Below, piece after piece: positions 1-14,344 of a stretch of 64,000 bases of DNA. Source of the DNA: Octopus vulgaris (taxonomy: Eukaryota); assembly GCA_951406725.2 (NCBI GenBank), contig OX597818.1, forward strand, positions 116,126,001-116,190,000, in the 5' to 3' direction. Within the stretch, counting starts at the first letter, position 1, and every line of letters begins with the position of its first letter. The position numbers were made by a program, and so were the translations under genes. The notes under the pieces are model-generated. The model made no database searches, was not told the origin of the DNA, and saw nothing but the letters and a program-made list of their open reading frames with translations.

Positions 1-108
1 CCCCTGCCAGAGCCTCGTGGAGTTTTGGGTGTTTTCGCTCTATGAACCCTCACAACGTCCGGTGTGGGAATCGAAACTGCATTCTTACGACCACTGGGCC
101 ATTGCGTC
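1..108 (-). mobile_element. tRNA-derived SINE head (family A), cut by window edge
   Basis: Reverse complement gives A-box-like CAATGGCCCAGTGGT and B-box-like GTTTCGATTCC; matches copies at 13458, 37571 and 39432. Confidence 0.7.
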
Positions 109-238
109 TCTCTCTCTACACACACACACATATACACACACACACAATGGTAAATGACTACGTAAATAAATGAATAGTGAATAGGGAATCCTCCTTCTCT
201 CACTCTCTCTCTCTCTACCTACCTACCTATCTACATAC

Positions 239-316
<78 letters not shown>

Positions 317-547
317 ATCATCCTATCTACCTACCTATATTTCTATCTATCTCCATCGTCATGGAAAAAACAATGTTCTCTTCTTCTAAACGACCCCCCC
401 ACCAAACATCTGTTTTATATAAAGGAACAAGCTTTTTGTACATTCACAAAATTTTATTTGACAAGAGAAACGAACGAAAGCGCTAATAATAATGAAGAAA
501 TAAAAAGATTTTTTTCCAAAATCCTGACATGTTTTCTCAATATATAT

Positions 548-639
<92 letters not shown>

Positions 640-669
640 ACACGAACACACACACACATATATATATAG

Positions 670-815
670 GGGTATTCACAAAAAGCAAAAGACGAAGACA
701 GGTGGTGTAGACAACAAACAGATGTATTAGTATAAAGCTCGGGAGTTGATAAAGTCTTTAACGTTTCGAGCCTACGCTCTTCCACAGAAAGAAGCAAGGA
801 GAGAAATTAAAGAAT
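670..815 (-). mobile_element. PLE-type terminal fragment with variant hammerhead (756-791)
   Basis: Minus strand cttt-CTGTGGA-agagc gtag gctc-GAAA-cg-TT-aaag; homologous to 9500-9650 and 62505-62670; abuts (TA)n. Confidence 0.55.
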
Positions 816-1319
816 ATAGATGTTGCACGGACGACGAGCCGTCCTTGTTTTCTTAGTATCGTCTGTCTGGATGTTTTGTTGTCCCTTTTTTGTATTATAT
901 ATGTATATGGTGGCTGCCCCCTCGTTATCGAGTATGGCCATTGCACGAAGCTTAATCAATGTTGTTATCGTGCAATGCCTGTGCAAGATTTTTTTTAAAG
1001 TGAGGAAAGGCTGTGCACTGAGTCAATCTCACTCACTAAGCAACAGCAACGATAATCCGAAAAGAAGAACAAGTCAACATCATCGGTAACCACTGAGCCG
1101 CAGGTTTTATGTCGGAGTCATCCCAGTTACCTGAGTTACCTTCTCCTAGAAGGATGCCCTAACAAAGGCTAGGAGTCCTTCACTCCCAATGGTTTAATCG
1201 CGCGATCGGGTATTCAGTCCGATTATTTCTATATCCCCGCGCATGATTCAGCCTTAAGACATTCATTGGATGGCCGTTGACTCTCAAGAGTTCCTCCGCC
1301 CTTTGTTTTTCATCCCACT

Positions 1320-1488
1320 GGGTGTCCAATAAACACCCTCCTCACCAAGCAAGCTTGGTGGGGTTTCCGGTTCAGTCGCCGACGGCCCGACCATGCAACA
1401 GGTTGTACTGGGTTACATGTTACCAGTAGCACTCGAAAGTGACCTGACATAATACATACATACATACATACATACATACATACATACA

Positions 1489-1515
<27 letters not shown>
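1320..1515 (+). mobile_element. 3' end of an R4/Dong-like non-LTR element with (TACA)n tail
   Basis: Similar to 48975-49100 (accatgcaacaggttgtactgg...taccagtagcac...aagtgacctgacata), which follows an RLE-domain fragment; both end in (TACA)n. Confidence 0.5.
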
Positions 1516-1574
<59 letters not shown>

Positions 1575-1575
<1 letters not shown>

Positions 1576-1652
1576 GAATTAAAATATAAACTAAGATTAG
1601 GCAATCAACTTTTTACATATACCCGTACAGCTACAACTTCCGCTCAATATAC

Positions 1653-1687
<35 letters not shown>

Positions 1688-2316
1688 TACATATCGACAT
1701 ATATAAATACTTAAAAAAATATAAATATATATATATACATAAAAATACATGTAAATAGAGTCCATGTGGGATATATATATATAAAGTGTGAAAAAAAGAG
1801 AACTAGTAAAAACATTTTTCGTCCTAAAATTACGAGCGGTTAAGAATTTTAATTAAACGGTCTATAAAATATTCCATCTGTGTGTGTTTTTAAATATATA
1901 AATGGTATATAATGCAATTCGACGAAGTCCACTTTCTACGGCCGTTTTCTGAGTTCATGTCCTGGTAAAAAAAAAAATTAATAGAAATCTTACATATTAT
2001 GCGGATAATGTCCAATTCATCAGGAAAGGAATGACAATTTATGGAATTTTATGGAACTTTTAATTGAAACTCTTAACTGCTCTTAATTTTAGTACGAAAA
2101 ATGTTTTCATCACTTCTCTTTTTCTCACACTTTATATATATATATATATATCCCATATGGACTCTATTTACTTGTACTTTTATATATTTTTATGTATTTA
2201 AATATATTCATATATGCCGATATATATTAATATATGTGTGCATTTTAATTGGAATTTATAACTATGAGTATGTATAAAACGTTGATTGCCCAATCTGAGT
2301 TTATATTTTAATTCTT
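1575..2316. repeat. Diverged inverted repeat (~300-bp arms) with degenerate hammerhead in spacer
   Basis: 1575-1877 is an imperfect reverse complement of 2040-2316 (e.g. gtaaatagagtccatgtggga / tcccatatggactctatttac); spacer minus strand has ctttc-CTGATGA...aaaa-cggccg-TA-gaaag (1932-2028). Confidence 0.75.
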
Positions 2317-2377
2317 ATCGTTTGTCGAGTGTTCGACCCAAGCACTTCTTAAGCAGTTTTATATATTTCGTATGAAA

Positions 2378-2433
<56 letters not shown>

Positions 2434-2540
2434 TATATATACATAACCAAAAATTTAGATTCAGAGGAATTAGGTACTTAAGTTGAAGCTCCAGAATTTA
2501 GTGCAATATTATCCATACAGTTTCAAAGTTAAGTGATTAA

Positions 2541-2679
2541 AATCAAAATAAGCAACAGCGTATCCAGAGGTAATGCAATACGATCGTTTCAAGCGACTCC
2601 ATTTAATTGAACAATTAAATGGAATCGCTTGAAACGACCGTACTACATTACCTCCGGATATCCTGTTGCTTATTTTGAT
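2541..2679. repeat. Fold-back hairpin, ~68-bp arms
   Basis: atcaaaataagcaacag...ttcaagcgactccatttaattg aa caattaaatggaatcgcttgaa...ctgttgcttattttgat. Confidence 0.8.
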
Positions 2680-2758
2680 ATCACAACTATGTATGCAATC
2701 GATTGGACCGTATGGATACTTGTCGCCCGTGAGGGTCTAATAAATTGTATCGAAGACA

Positions 2759-2836
2759 AATGCTGCTGATGATTTATTGATAAATATGTGAGTATAATTG
2801 CATATTATATTGATAAAGAAACAATTGTTCAGCATT
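2759..2836 (+). ncRNA. Type I hammerhead ribozyme motif (canonical core)
   Basis: Stem I aatgctg/cagcatt (7 bp), CTGATGA 2766-2772, stem II tttat/ataaa with distal aatatg/catatt helix, GAAA 2818-2821, palindromic stem III ACAATTGT, cleavage triplet GTT. Confidence 0.75.
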
Positions 2837-3249
2837 AATCTATTTTTTCGTTGTACTTCACTTTCTTTACGTTGAAGGTAATGTTATTTCTTTGTGGAAG
2901 CAACTTCGGTGGCTATACCAGAATAAGGAGCTATTTTTAGCACTAGAGTTAACCACTTAACGGTAACTCTCTTATATTTACGTTTAAATTTGTATTGTCT
3001 CCCTGGTTTTTATGTGCTAGGCCACTTGGTGTTAAACTGATGGTATTATTAAATTAATAACTAATTTTTCACCCTCATTTATGAATTTATAAATTTAATA
3101 TACTGCAGTAAACATTATATGCAGTATTCATTTCCACTAAGTCTTACCATGCTTTTGGCGGGGAACCTAAATCACAACTATGTATGCAATCGATTGGACC
3201 GCATGGGTACTTGTCGCCTGTGAGGGTCAAATAAATTGTATCGAAGACA

Positions 3250-3327
3250 AATGCTGCTGATGATTTATAGATAAATATGTGAGTATAATTGCATATTATA
3301 TAGATAAAGAAACAATTGTTCAGCATT
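3250..3327 (+). ncRNA. Type I hammerhead ribozyme motif, second tandem copy
   Basis: Same elements as 2759-2836: CTGATGA 3257-3263, GAAA 3309-3312, stems I and III intact. Confidence 0.75.
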
Positions 3328-3590
3328 AATCTATTTTTTCGTTGTATTTCACTTTCCTTACGTTGAAGGTAATGTTATTTCTTTGTGGAAACAACTTCGG
3401 TGGCTATACCAGAATAAGGAGCTGTTTTTAGGACTAGAGTTAACCACTTAACGGTAACTCTCTTATATTTACGTATAAATTTGTATTGTCTCCCTGGTTT
3501 TTATGTGCTAGGCCACTTGGTGTTAAACTGATGGTATTATTAAATTAATAACTAATTTTTCACCCTCACTTATGAATATATATATATATA

Positions 3591-4809
3591 GGGTTGGCAA
3601 GTAATTTCGGTTGTTTAGTGTGAAATAAAAGTCATATTGTTCGTACAAAGAATAAACATTAATCAGTTATATATGTTCCATTTTGTTCGATGACATTTTG
3701 CCATCTTTCTGGCAACTTCAGGATTCCGCGTTCATAGAACGTCTGGTCCTTATCAGCCCGAAACGGAAGCTAATGCGACTTCAGGTCTTCATAGTTATTG
3801 AAAGTTTTACCATTCAAAGAATTTTGCAAACTTCGAAATAAATGGTAACCTGATGGTGCAAGAACAGGGCTATATGATGGATGTGACGCAGCCAAGCACC
3901 AATAATTTTTCACGAGTTAGCAAAGACGTGTGTAGTCTAACGTTGGTATGGTGGAACACAATTCCTTTACGATTTGCCAATTCTGGCTGTTTTATTTTGA
4001 TTGCTGTCTCCAGTTTCATTAGTTTTTGACAGTAAACATCTGAATTGATTGTTTCAGTTCCTTGGTAGCAACTCAAAATACACAATACCTTTGTAATCCC
4101 ACCAAATTGACAACAATTTTTGATACAATTCAGCTTTTGATGTAGTTTGTTTTGGTTCATCTCGCTTGGACCATGATCATTTTCGATTGATGTTATTGTA
4201 GACAATATATTTTTTTGGTCACCAGTGATGATTCGGTTCAAGAAAAGGTCGCTTTTATTATGTTTGAGATTTCATTGTGTTAAGTGACACTCTTTCAATT
4301 TATGTAGAACCCAAATATCGAGCTTCTTAACGAGTCCAAGATACTCTAAGTGATTTTCAATTGTTGTGTTTGATATGTTTAACTTCTCTGCAATCACTGG
4401 CACAGTAAAATGACAATCAAATTCAATTATGGCTTTGATTCGGTCATCAACTTCAGTAGGTCGACCAGAACGTTGGTCATCTTTGAGTGAAAAATTTCCG
4501 GAACGGAATTTTTAAAACCGTTTCTGACACCATAAACTTCATATATCTCTTTGTGAGCCTCAGCAGTATTCTTGCTTTACGAAAATAAAAAAAGTCCAAA
4601 ATATGGCGGAAATGTTCGTTTTTGCACTCTACGTGAAAATTGACATTGAACTGACAACTGTAAATAAAATTACGCCCAATTTGCTTAAAAGTAAGCTAAA
4701 AGTAACAGTTAACACATGTCAAAAGGGAAACATCATAACGTTGACAAAAGTTATTCAGAAAAATCGTTAATCTATTTGCGAAAAACCAAATTACTTTCTT
4801 ACCAACCCA

Positions 4810-4810
<1 letters not shown>
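3591..4810 (-). mobile_element. Decayed mariner DNA transposon
   Basis: TIRs gggttggcaagtaatttcggtt / aaccaaattactttcttaccaaccc flanked by TA runs; frameshifted transposase pieces RIITGD, IVFHHTNVRLH (HDNARPH-like), YSPVLAPSGYHLFRSLQN (YSPDLAPSDY-like). Confidence 0.9.
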
Positions 4811-4899
<89 letters not shown>

Positions 4900-5042
4900 G
4901 TATATGTATATATTGGGTTGGCAAGACGGTATATATAGACATATACATTCAAGTCTGATAAACATTTATTTTATAATACATATTACTTAATAGTTATATA
5001 CATCCATCAATTTATCTATCCATTCATCCACACCTATATGTA

Positions 5043-5092
<50 letters not shown>

Positions 5093-5166
5093 TACACACA
5101 CACACACATATATATATGTGTGTGTGTGTATACGCATCTATCTATATATCCATCCATCTATCCAGC

Positions 5167-5246
<80 letters not shown>

Positions 5247-5301
5247 CATCCATCCATCCATCCATCATCTATCTATCTATGTATGTATGTATGTATGTAT
5301 G

Positions 5302-5335
<34 letters not shown>

Positions 5336-5772
5336 CATCTCTTTCTCTCTCTATCTCTCTCTTTCACTCACTCACTCTCTCTCTCTACCTATCTATCTAT
5401 ATTTAATTAATTATATATTTAACCTCACGTTCTGCCTTTCACCTTGTTGCTATTAATTGATGCCCTAAACGAATATATTTGTTTCTGTTTATTTGTGGGC
5501 GTCAAATTTCATTTGTAAACATGCATACGCACATTCACGTTCACACATGCTCACATGAACACAGACATTATATATAAACACACGTATTTCTGAGACACAC
5601 ATAAAACATACGCACACATAGTTATATACATGTGTGTACATATACATAGATATAGACGATAATATATTTATACAGATTTACGCTCATAAATACATTCCTA
5701 CACACAGACACAAATATATACGTATGCATATATATATATATATATATATATATAGGTATATATGTATATAGG

Positions 5773-5813
<41 letters not shown>

Positions 5814-6739
5814 ATATTGATATATATGTATATATATGTGTGTGCGTGAGTATATGTTCACATATATAGAGCCATTAAGAAATAGATGCATATATATGTA
5901 TGCATATACACACATATATATATGGGATATATATATATATATATATATGATGTATACATATACATTATATATATATTATACATATACTTATATATATATA
6001 TATGATATATATGTATGTATTTATATATATATATATGATATATATTATATATACGTATATATATATGATATATATATTATATATACGTATATATATGATA
6101 TATATATACTTGTATATACATACATGCGCGCACACACACACACACATATATATATATATTACATATATTTCCATGCACATATATGCATTTCTACATATAC
6201 ATATATATATACATATACACACACACATACATACATATATATATATATATACATAATACATATATATATATATATACAGATACGCATATACAGACACACA
6301 CACACACATATGTATATTCGTTCATTTTATCGTTGATTTATTCGTTATTAGCCTCCTCCTCCTCAGTACTTCTTCATTTCACCTCTTCTTCTTCTCAGCG
6401 CCATTAAACGATGCCCCAAACAATTTTCGCCGTGTAACGAACTAATTTTCTCTCAGCTAAAACCGGCTCTCAATAAATATTGCAACGTATATTGCATTTG
6501 TCAATTACCTCAGGTGAGGTAGCTTTTGCCGTTGTTTATGTTGTTGCTGTTGTTGATCTTATCATTTGCTGCTGTTGTTGTTGTTAAGGTTGATGATGAT
6601 GGTGGTGGTGTTGCAGGTGGTAGTGGTTGTATTTTTGCTGTCGATTTTTTTTTTATTTGGTTTTTCTTCGTTTGGTTTATTTTTAATATTTTTTTTTATT
6701 ATAGCTTAAAACGTAGGTTTTAGCGTTTCTTAAGTAGTA

Positions 6740-8045
6740 ATGGTTCACGGCGGAGAAGTTGGCGGCTTCCATGATGATGATGATGATGATGCTGATAATG
6801 ATGATGATGATGATATCGGTGCTGGTGGAGTTAATGATGACGATAATGGTGGTGGCGATGATGCTGATGATTATGATGACAATGCTGACGATGGTGGTGA
6901 TGGCGATGATGGTGATAGCGATGGTGATGATGATGAAGATGATGATGATAATGATGATGATGATAATGATGATGAAGATGATGATGATCAAGATGATGAT
7001 TTCTGGGATTATGATTATGATGATGGCATTGGTGCTGGTGATGTTAATGATGATGATGATAATGCTGATGATTATGATGATATCGGTGCTGGTGGTGTTA
7101 ATGATGACGATAATGGTGGTGGCGATGATGCTGATGATTATGTTGACAATGCTGACGATGGTGATGATGACGATGATGGTGATAGCGATGGTGATAATGA
7201 TGAAGATGATGATGATAATGATGATGATGATAATGATGATGATGATAATGATGATCAAGATGATGATTTCTGGGATTATGATTATGATGATGGCATTGGT
7301 GCTGGTGATGTTAATGATGATGATGATAATGCTGATAATGATGATGATATCGGTGCTGGTGGTGTTAATGATGACGATAATGGTGGTGGCGATGATGCTG
7401 ATGATTATGTTGACAATGCTGACGATGGTGATGATGACGATGATGGTGATAGCGATGGTGATAATGATGAAGATGATGATGATAATGATGATGATGATAA
7501 TGATGATGATGATAATGATGATCAAGATGATGATTTCTGGGATTATGATTATGATGATGGCATTGGTGCTGGTGATGTTAATGATGATGATGATAATGCT
7601 GATGATTATGATGACAATGATGCTGCTGCTGCTGATGACAATGATAGTGATGACGATAGCGACGGGGATGATGATGAAGATGATGATGATGATGGTGATG
7701 ATGAAGATGAAGAAGATGATGATGTTGATGATGACATTGGCGCTAGTGATGTTAATGATGCTGATGACGATGCTGATGATGCTGGTGATTATGATGACAA
7801 TGATAGTAATGATGAAGATGATGAGGAAGATGATGATGATCATCCTACTGGTGGTAGTGATGATAATGAAAAGGGCAGGGGTGCATTAATCAAGATCTTA
7901 AATATTTCTGATGACAATCTCGACGGTGAATATGATGATGTTGATTGAAATGTTATCAGTAAAGATGGAGATTATAAAGGTGATACTTAAGGAGATAAAG
8001 ACGACGACGACGATGATGATTGTGATGACGATGACGATGACAAAG
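6740..8045 (+). repeat. Degenerate (GAT)n array with three 267-bp higher-order repeats; Asp-rich open frame 6740-7948
   Basis: gatatcggtgctggtgg recurs at 6812, 7079 and 7346; nearly all codons are single-base neighbours of GAT. Confidence 0.85.
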
Positions 8046-8074
8046 TTGTTGAGGATTTCAATGCTGTTGTAGCT

Positions 8075-8773
8075 GCTTCTGCTTCTCTTCTTCTTCTTCT
8101 TCTTCTTCTTCTTCTTCTTCTTCTCCTCCTTCTTCTTCTTCTTCTTTTTCTTCTTCTTCTCCTTCTACTTCTTCCACTTCCTTTTCTCCCTCTTCCTCTT
8201 CTTCTTCCATTTCTTCCTCTTCTTCTCCTTCTTCTTCTTCTTCTTCTTCTTCTTCTTCTTCCTTTTCTTCTTCCTTCTTCTTCTTCTTCTTCTTCTTCTT
8301 CTTCTTCTTCTTCCTTTTCTTCTTCTTCTTCTTCTTCTTCTTCGTCTTCCGCCTTTTCTTCTTCTTCTTCTTCTTCTTCTTCTTCTTCTTCTTCTTCCTC
8401 CTCCTCCTTCTACTCCTTCTTCTTCCTTTTCTTCTTCTTCTTCGTCTTCCGCCTTTTCTTCTTCTTCTCTCTTCTTCTTCTCTCTTCTTCTTCTTCTTCT
8501 TCCTCCTCCTTCTTCTTCTTCTTCTTCTTCTTCTTCTTCTTCTTCTTCTTCCTTTTCTTCTTCTTTTTCTTCTTCCTCCTCCTCCTTCTTCTTCTTCTTC
8601 TTCTTCTTCTTCTTCTTCCTTTTCTTCTTCTTCTTCTTCTTCTTCTTCCTTCTTCTTCTTCTTCTTCTTCTTCTTCTTCTTCCTCCTTTTCTTCTTCTTC
8701 TTCTTCTTCTTCTTCTTCTTCTTCTTCTCCTTCTTCTTCCTCACCTCCTTCTCATCTTCCTTCTCCTCCTCCT
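8075..8773. repeat. (CTT)n/(CCT)n polypyrimidine tract
   Basis: About 700 bp almost purely C/T on the + strand. Confidence 0.95.
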
Positions 8774-8904
8774 TAATGATGACAGAAATATTAAGTTCAA
8801 TGACCTCGATGATTTCGTCGACGTTCAATTTAAAGACAAATAATAAACGAGATGATAATGTGGAGTATGATGACAATAGAAACAACGACGTCGAAGACGA
8901 CAGC

Positions 8905-9043
8905 TACGCCACCACCGCCGCCGCCTCTGCCGCCGCCTCCGCCACCGCCACCGCCTCCACCGCCGCTACCGCCACCGCCGCTACCGCCACCGCTGCCTCC
9001 GCCACCGCCGCCTCCGCCACCGCCGCCTCCGCCACCGCAGCCG
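8905..9043. repeat. (GCC/ACC)n GC-rich triplet repeat
   Basis: Direct reading; similar (GCCGCCTCC)n tract at 54546-54683. Confidence 0.9.
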
Positions 9044-9356
9044 TTGATGATGGTGATGACGATTACAAGATTGGTCATGGCTCTGATGAAGAAGATAATG
9101 ATGCTCTTGATGGAGTATTTCCTTTATTACACTTTCCGCACGCAATAAACATTACTGGTCAACAGATGGTCAAGCAGTTTGTTCTTTAGCCATTCAGACA
9201 TTCATTCATAGAAAGCAAGTCTCGAACAAATTGCTGCTAAATTAATAATCTCCTGATCCTATCAATTAATAAATCCATAGATACATGCTTACACATATGC
9301 ATATATCGCTATACAAAACATATATAAATACGTATTTATATCTCTATCTCTATCTC

Positions 9357-9695
<339 letters not shown>

Positions 9696-10528
9696 AAAGC
9701 TTGTAGAGTTCAACGGACCAACATGGTGATTGATTGGAAAAAAATATGTATATATTTAAAACCGATGTAGGTAATAAACGTAGTTTTTACCATGTTTTAA
9801 AATACCCGATATTATCATAATACTCATGAAAACCTTTATCATCATCATCATCGTCGTCGTCGTCGTCGTCATCGTCGTCATAATCACCATCATCATCGTC
9901 ATCATCATCAACATCATCATCATCTTCGTAGTCGTCATCGTCGTCATCATCATCATCCTCATCTTTAATATAATTATTGTAATCTATATTTATTCTTGAT
10001 GTGACAACTGTGCTTTCGTTGCACAGGTTATGAAGGTTAAATGTGTTGCTGTTGCTTTCCTTAATGTTTGCAGTTTTTTTTGTAGCAAAGTCGAAAAGGA
10101 CACAAAGATGGAAGAAATTAATGAATGCAAAAAAAAAAACGTCAGAGAAATTGAAATAACATAATCTACAAAACAACTATTTTCAGCAAACTTGGCATAC
10201 AAATATCCAAAGGTGAAAAACAAAATGGCAGAGCTAAAATAGAACTTGATTAAAACGTGTAAGTAATTATTGCCTGAATATATAAAAACATACTTACAAG
10301 AAGACAAATATTAAATGGAAACAAATGAAATTAGGATAACTAAAAATAAAAGATAAAACAAGAAACTTGGAAATAACCACCAAATCCAAGTTCGATATAA
10401 AACTTTATATGTATTTTAGCATTAGTCAAATAAAAGCTGAAACGGCACTAAATGCAATGAGTAGAGTTTTACATAAAACTCCACAAGTTAATAATATTAC
10501 TTGTTTCAGTTTCCAGATCGTCAGGCTA

Positions 10529-10603
<75 letters not shown>

Positions 10604-11128
10604 TACTCTGTCTTTTTACACTTTTACTTGTTTCAGTCATGTGACTGTGGCCATGCTGGAGCACCGCCTTTAGTCGAGCAAGTCGACCCCAGGACTTATT
10701 CTTTGTAAGCCTATTACTTATTCTATCGGTCTCTTTTGCCGAACCGCTAAGTTCTACTACACTCTCTATCTGGTTCCTCACCCTAATAATCAGAATTCTC
10801 CCATACAGTTTACCAACCACACACAACAGACTTATACTCCTAATATATATATATATATGTAAATTTCAAATTTTATTTAATTTGCTTTGCGGGAGCAACG
10901 CTCGAAATATGAGACTAAAAAACAGCCCACACCTGATGAAAGGTCGTTCTTTATGTTGTTTGTTATGTTTTCAATTTGTGCCTTTCGTTGTTCGAAAGAA
11001 CAGATCGTGTTGCATGTACTCGTGCTTCGTATTTTTTTGCTGTATACGTTTCATGACGCCCTGTGCCCACATATGCTTATATATCTACATATAGATGCAT
11101 GTACATATACATATGAATATATGCATAT

Positions 11129-11175
<47 letters not shown>

Positions 11176-11200
11176 TTTATATTATATATATATATGTATA

Positions 11201-11246
<46 letters not shown>

Positions 11247-11276
11247 CTATTATTTATATTATATATATATATGTAT

Positions 11277-11340
<64 letters not shown>

Positions 11341-11425
11341 TATTTATATATATAATATATATATATATACTATATATATATATATATAATAATACATATT
11401 ATTTATATTATATTATATATATTAT

Positions 11426-11468
<43 letters not shown>

Positions 11469-11555
11469 GGGTATAAGTCTGTTGTGTGTGATCGGTAAAC
11501 TGTATATATATATATATATATAAAATTCATGATGCATCTTTTTGTGCATGTATAA

Positions 11556-11653
<98 letters not shown>

Positions 11654-12672
11654 GCTATCTATCTAGCTATCTATCTATTTATTTATATGTATGCAGGGAT
11701 ATAAATGTGCATAAATGTATGTGTGTATGTACCGTTATAAGAGGCATTGAGTAAGGCGGCAAAATGGCGGAATCCCCGGATCTTCGAACAGAATGCTTTT
11801 CACATTTGATGCGGGTTTATGCGCCCTGAATGCAGAACCCACAGAGGTGTATTTTTAAGTTCCATGATTGACAGCTTAAAAGCAGAATAAACGTAACCGT
11901 ATGCGATCAAAGTTGAAGTAATCCTAGATGACGCCATTACTATAACCATGTAATTGCATGGACGAACTTCTGCTAAAATCAAGTTGATCGATTAACTTGT
12001 CCATGTTCACATTATCAAATTTGTCGTCTTGCAGGGTAGTACGGTGCGATTAACAAAGTTTTCACTGCTAATTCTAACAGGTTCAATGAAACTATTGAGG
12101 TTTTCTCGCCATTGTTTTACTCTAAATAGATTCTTTAGTTGCATTAATGATTCTAGAAATGCCACAATATTTCCATATTTTCAACGTTCATGAAACCGAA
12201 GACAAAAATACCAGCGAAAACAATACAAAAGCTGCTCGGAAATTGCATTTTATTCAGATATCTCGAGCTCAGATAGGGTAAGCTGCTTTAAAACAAAATA
12301 ATTAAGTAGACACACCAGTTGTTTTATCGTATGACTAGCGAAGCAATAAATGCAATTTTATTATTAATTATTTTGGTGTGCAAACGAAGGTATCAAATAG
12401 AAAATAGAATAAAAAATGTAGAAAGAAGAAGGACGTCCGATACAAGTGGGAACAACAAACAACGGTAGAGTATAAAATGGTTATTGATTTTTGTTGTTTT
12501 TGTATAAAAGGCAAGATAAGAGCAATGTGTTTAGTAATCCAAATAAGAATATGCTATTTCCGAATAATGCGGTATCCGTAAAATTATGAAATAGGAAAAT
12601 ATGAAACAATCAACTGTGACATTACTCGAACATACACATACACACACATAATCAAACATGTATGTATGTATG

Positions 12673-12769
<97 letters not shown>

Positions 12770-12931
12770 TTATAAACACATTTTAATGATACTGAAAATG
12801 TGATTTCAAGACATGGATTCCGTAGCAATATTAATTTGACGTCGGTTCCGCCTGATTTTTGGTGTGTTCACTACGTTATTCCATTATGCATTAATTCGTT
12901 TAAGCACCAAACGAATTTCTGATCCTCCACA

Positions 12932-13007
<76 letters not shown>

Positions 13008-13457
13008 ATATTTCAAGATTTTTTGCCAATAGAGACAGAACTGGTTTCTAATCTAGATCCAAGGCCCCTTCATTGGAATTTCAACATCAACAACAGGGTA
13101 TTTTTGTTTTATGCATGTATGCATACGCATTAATTCCTTGAGTAAGACACTTTATTTCTTATTGTTCCAGTCTACTCAGCAGGCAAAAATGAGTTGTACC
13201 TGTACTGTAATTCAAAAGTGCCAGCCTTGTCATTTTCTGTTCCACGTTCAATCTCCCTGAGAACCATGTTAAGAGTAGACGTGTCTGTGGAGAACTCAGC
13301 CACTTACACCTTAATTTCACGAGCAGGCTGTCCTGTTGATCAGTCAACTGAAACACTGGTCGTCGTAACCGACGGAGATCCAGACTGATAGTAACAACTG
13401 AGTTTGTTATTTTATGATGCCAGACATTGTTCTTTGTTTATATGCTATAGGTTGTGT

Positions 13458-13836
13458 GGAAGTGCAATGGCCCAATGGTTAAGGTAGCGGACTCGCGGTC
13501 GTAGGATCGCGGTTTCGATTCCCAGATCAGACATTGTGAGTGTTTATTGAGCGGAAGCACGCTAAGCTCAACGAGGCTCCGGCAGCGGGTGGTGGCGAAC
13601 CTTGCTGTACTCTTTCACCACAATTTTCTCTCACTCTTTCTTCCTGTTTCTGTCGTGCCTGTATTTAAAAGGGCTACCTTTGTCACAAACTGTGTCACGC
13701 TGAATCTCCCCGAGAACTACGTTAAGGGTACACGTGTCTGTGGAGTGCTCAGCCACTTACACGTCAATTTTACGAACAGGCTGTTCCGTTGATCGGATCA
13801 ACTGGAATCCTCGTCGTCGTAACCGACGCACTGCCA
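13458..13836 (+). mobile_element. tRNA-derived SINE (family A), near full length
   Basis: A box CAATGGCCCAATGGTTAAGG, B box GGTTTCGATTCCC; body shared with 13135-13385 and 37571-37943. Confidence 0.8.
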
Positions 13837-14163
13837 GGATACGTTGTGTTCAATTCTTTGACTATGTATATTAAAAGCGGTTGCCGCATGTTACATGAAA
13901 CTTCGTGTTAAGTTAAGGCTTTAATTAGTTTAATTAACATTTTAGGGTATCCTAGAAGAATGCTTAAAATCCAAGCGTGAAAACTAAAATTTTTGTCAGG
14001 GTATTACTTAAAAATAGGTAGAATTTCGTGGTTAGTGTTAAAGGTTTGTCTTTAAGTAAATTATTAACTGACTTTGGAAAAGGTGTGGGGTAAATATAAA
14101 TTCTGTTTATATAAATTGTCTATTCCTTGTATACCTGTAATGTTTTTAGCAGAAATAGTTAGG

Positions 14164-14200
<37 letters not shown>

Positions 14201-14297
14201 CTTTGTTGGAAACTGGCTTCCTCTACAGTGGAAGATTTATACTAATTAAAAAATAGAAGTGACATACATACATACATGCATACATAAGTGCACCCGA

Positions 14298-14344
<47 letters not shown>

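Larger units (their letters stand above)
2681..3577 (+). repeat. Partial tandem direct repeat, period 491 bp, each copy with a hammerhead
   Basis: 2681-3085 nearly identical to 3172-3577; second copy ends in (TA)n. Confidence 0.9.

Noticed and set aside
10888-10945. Hammerhead pieces (gagcaacgctcgaaa and cacctgatgaa)
   Set aside because: Wrong order for a type I fold and no supporting stems found.
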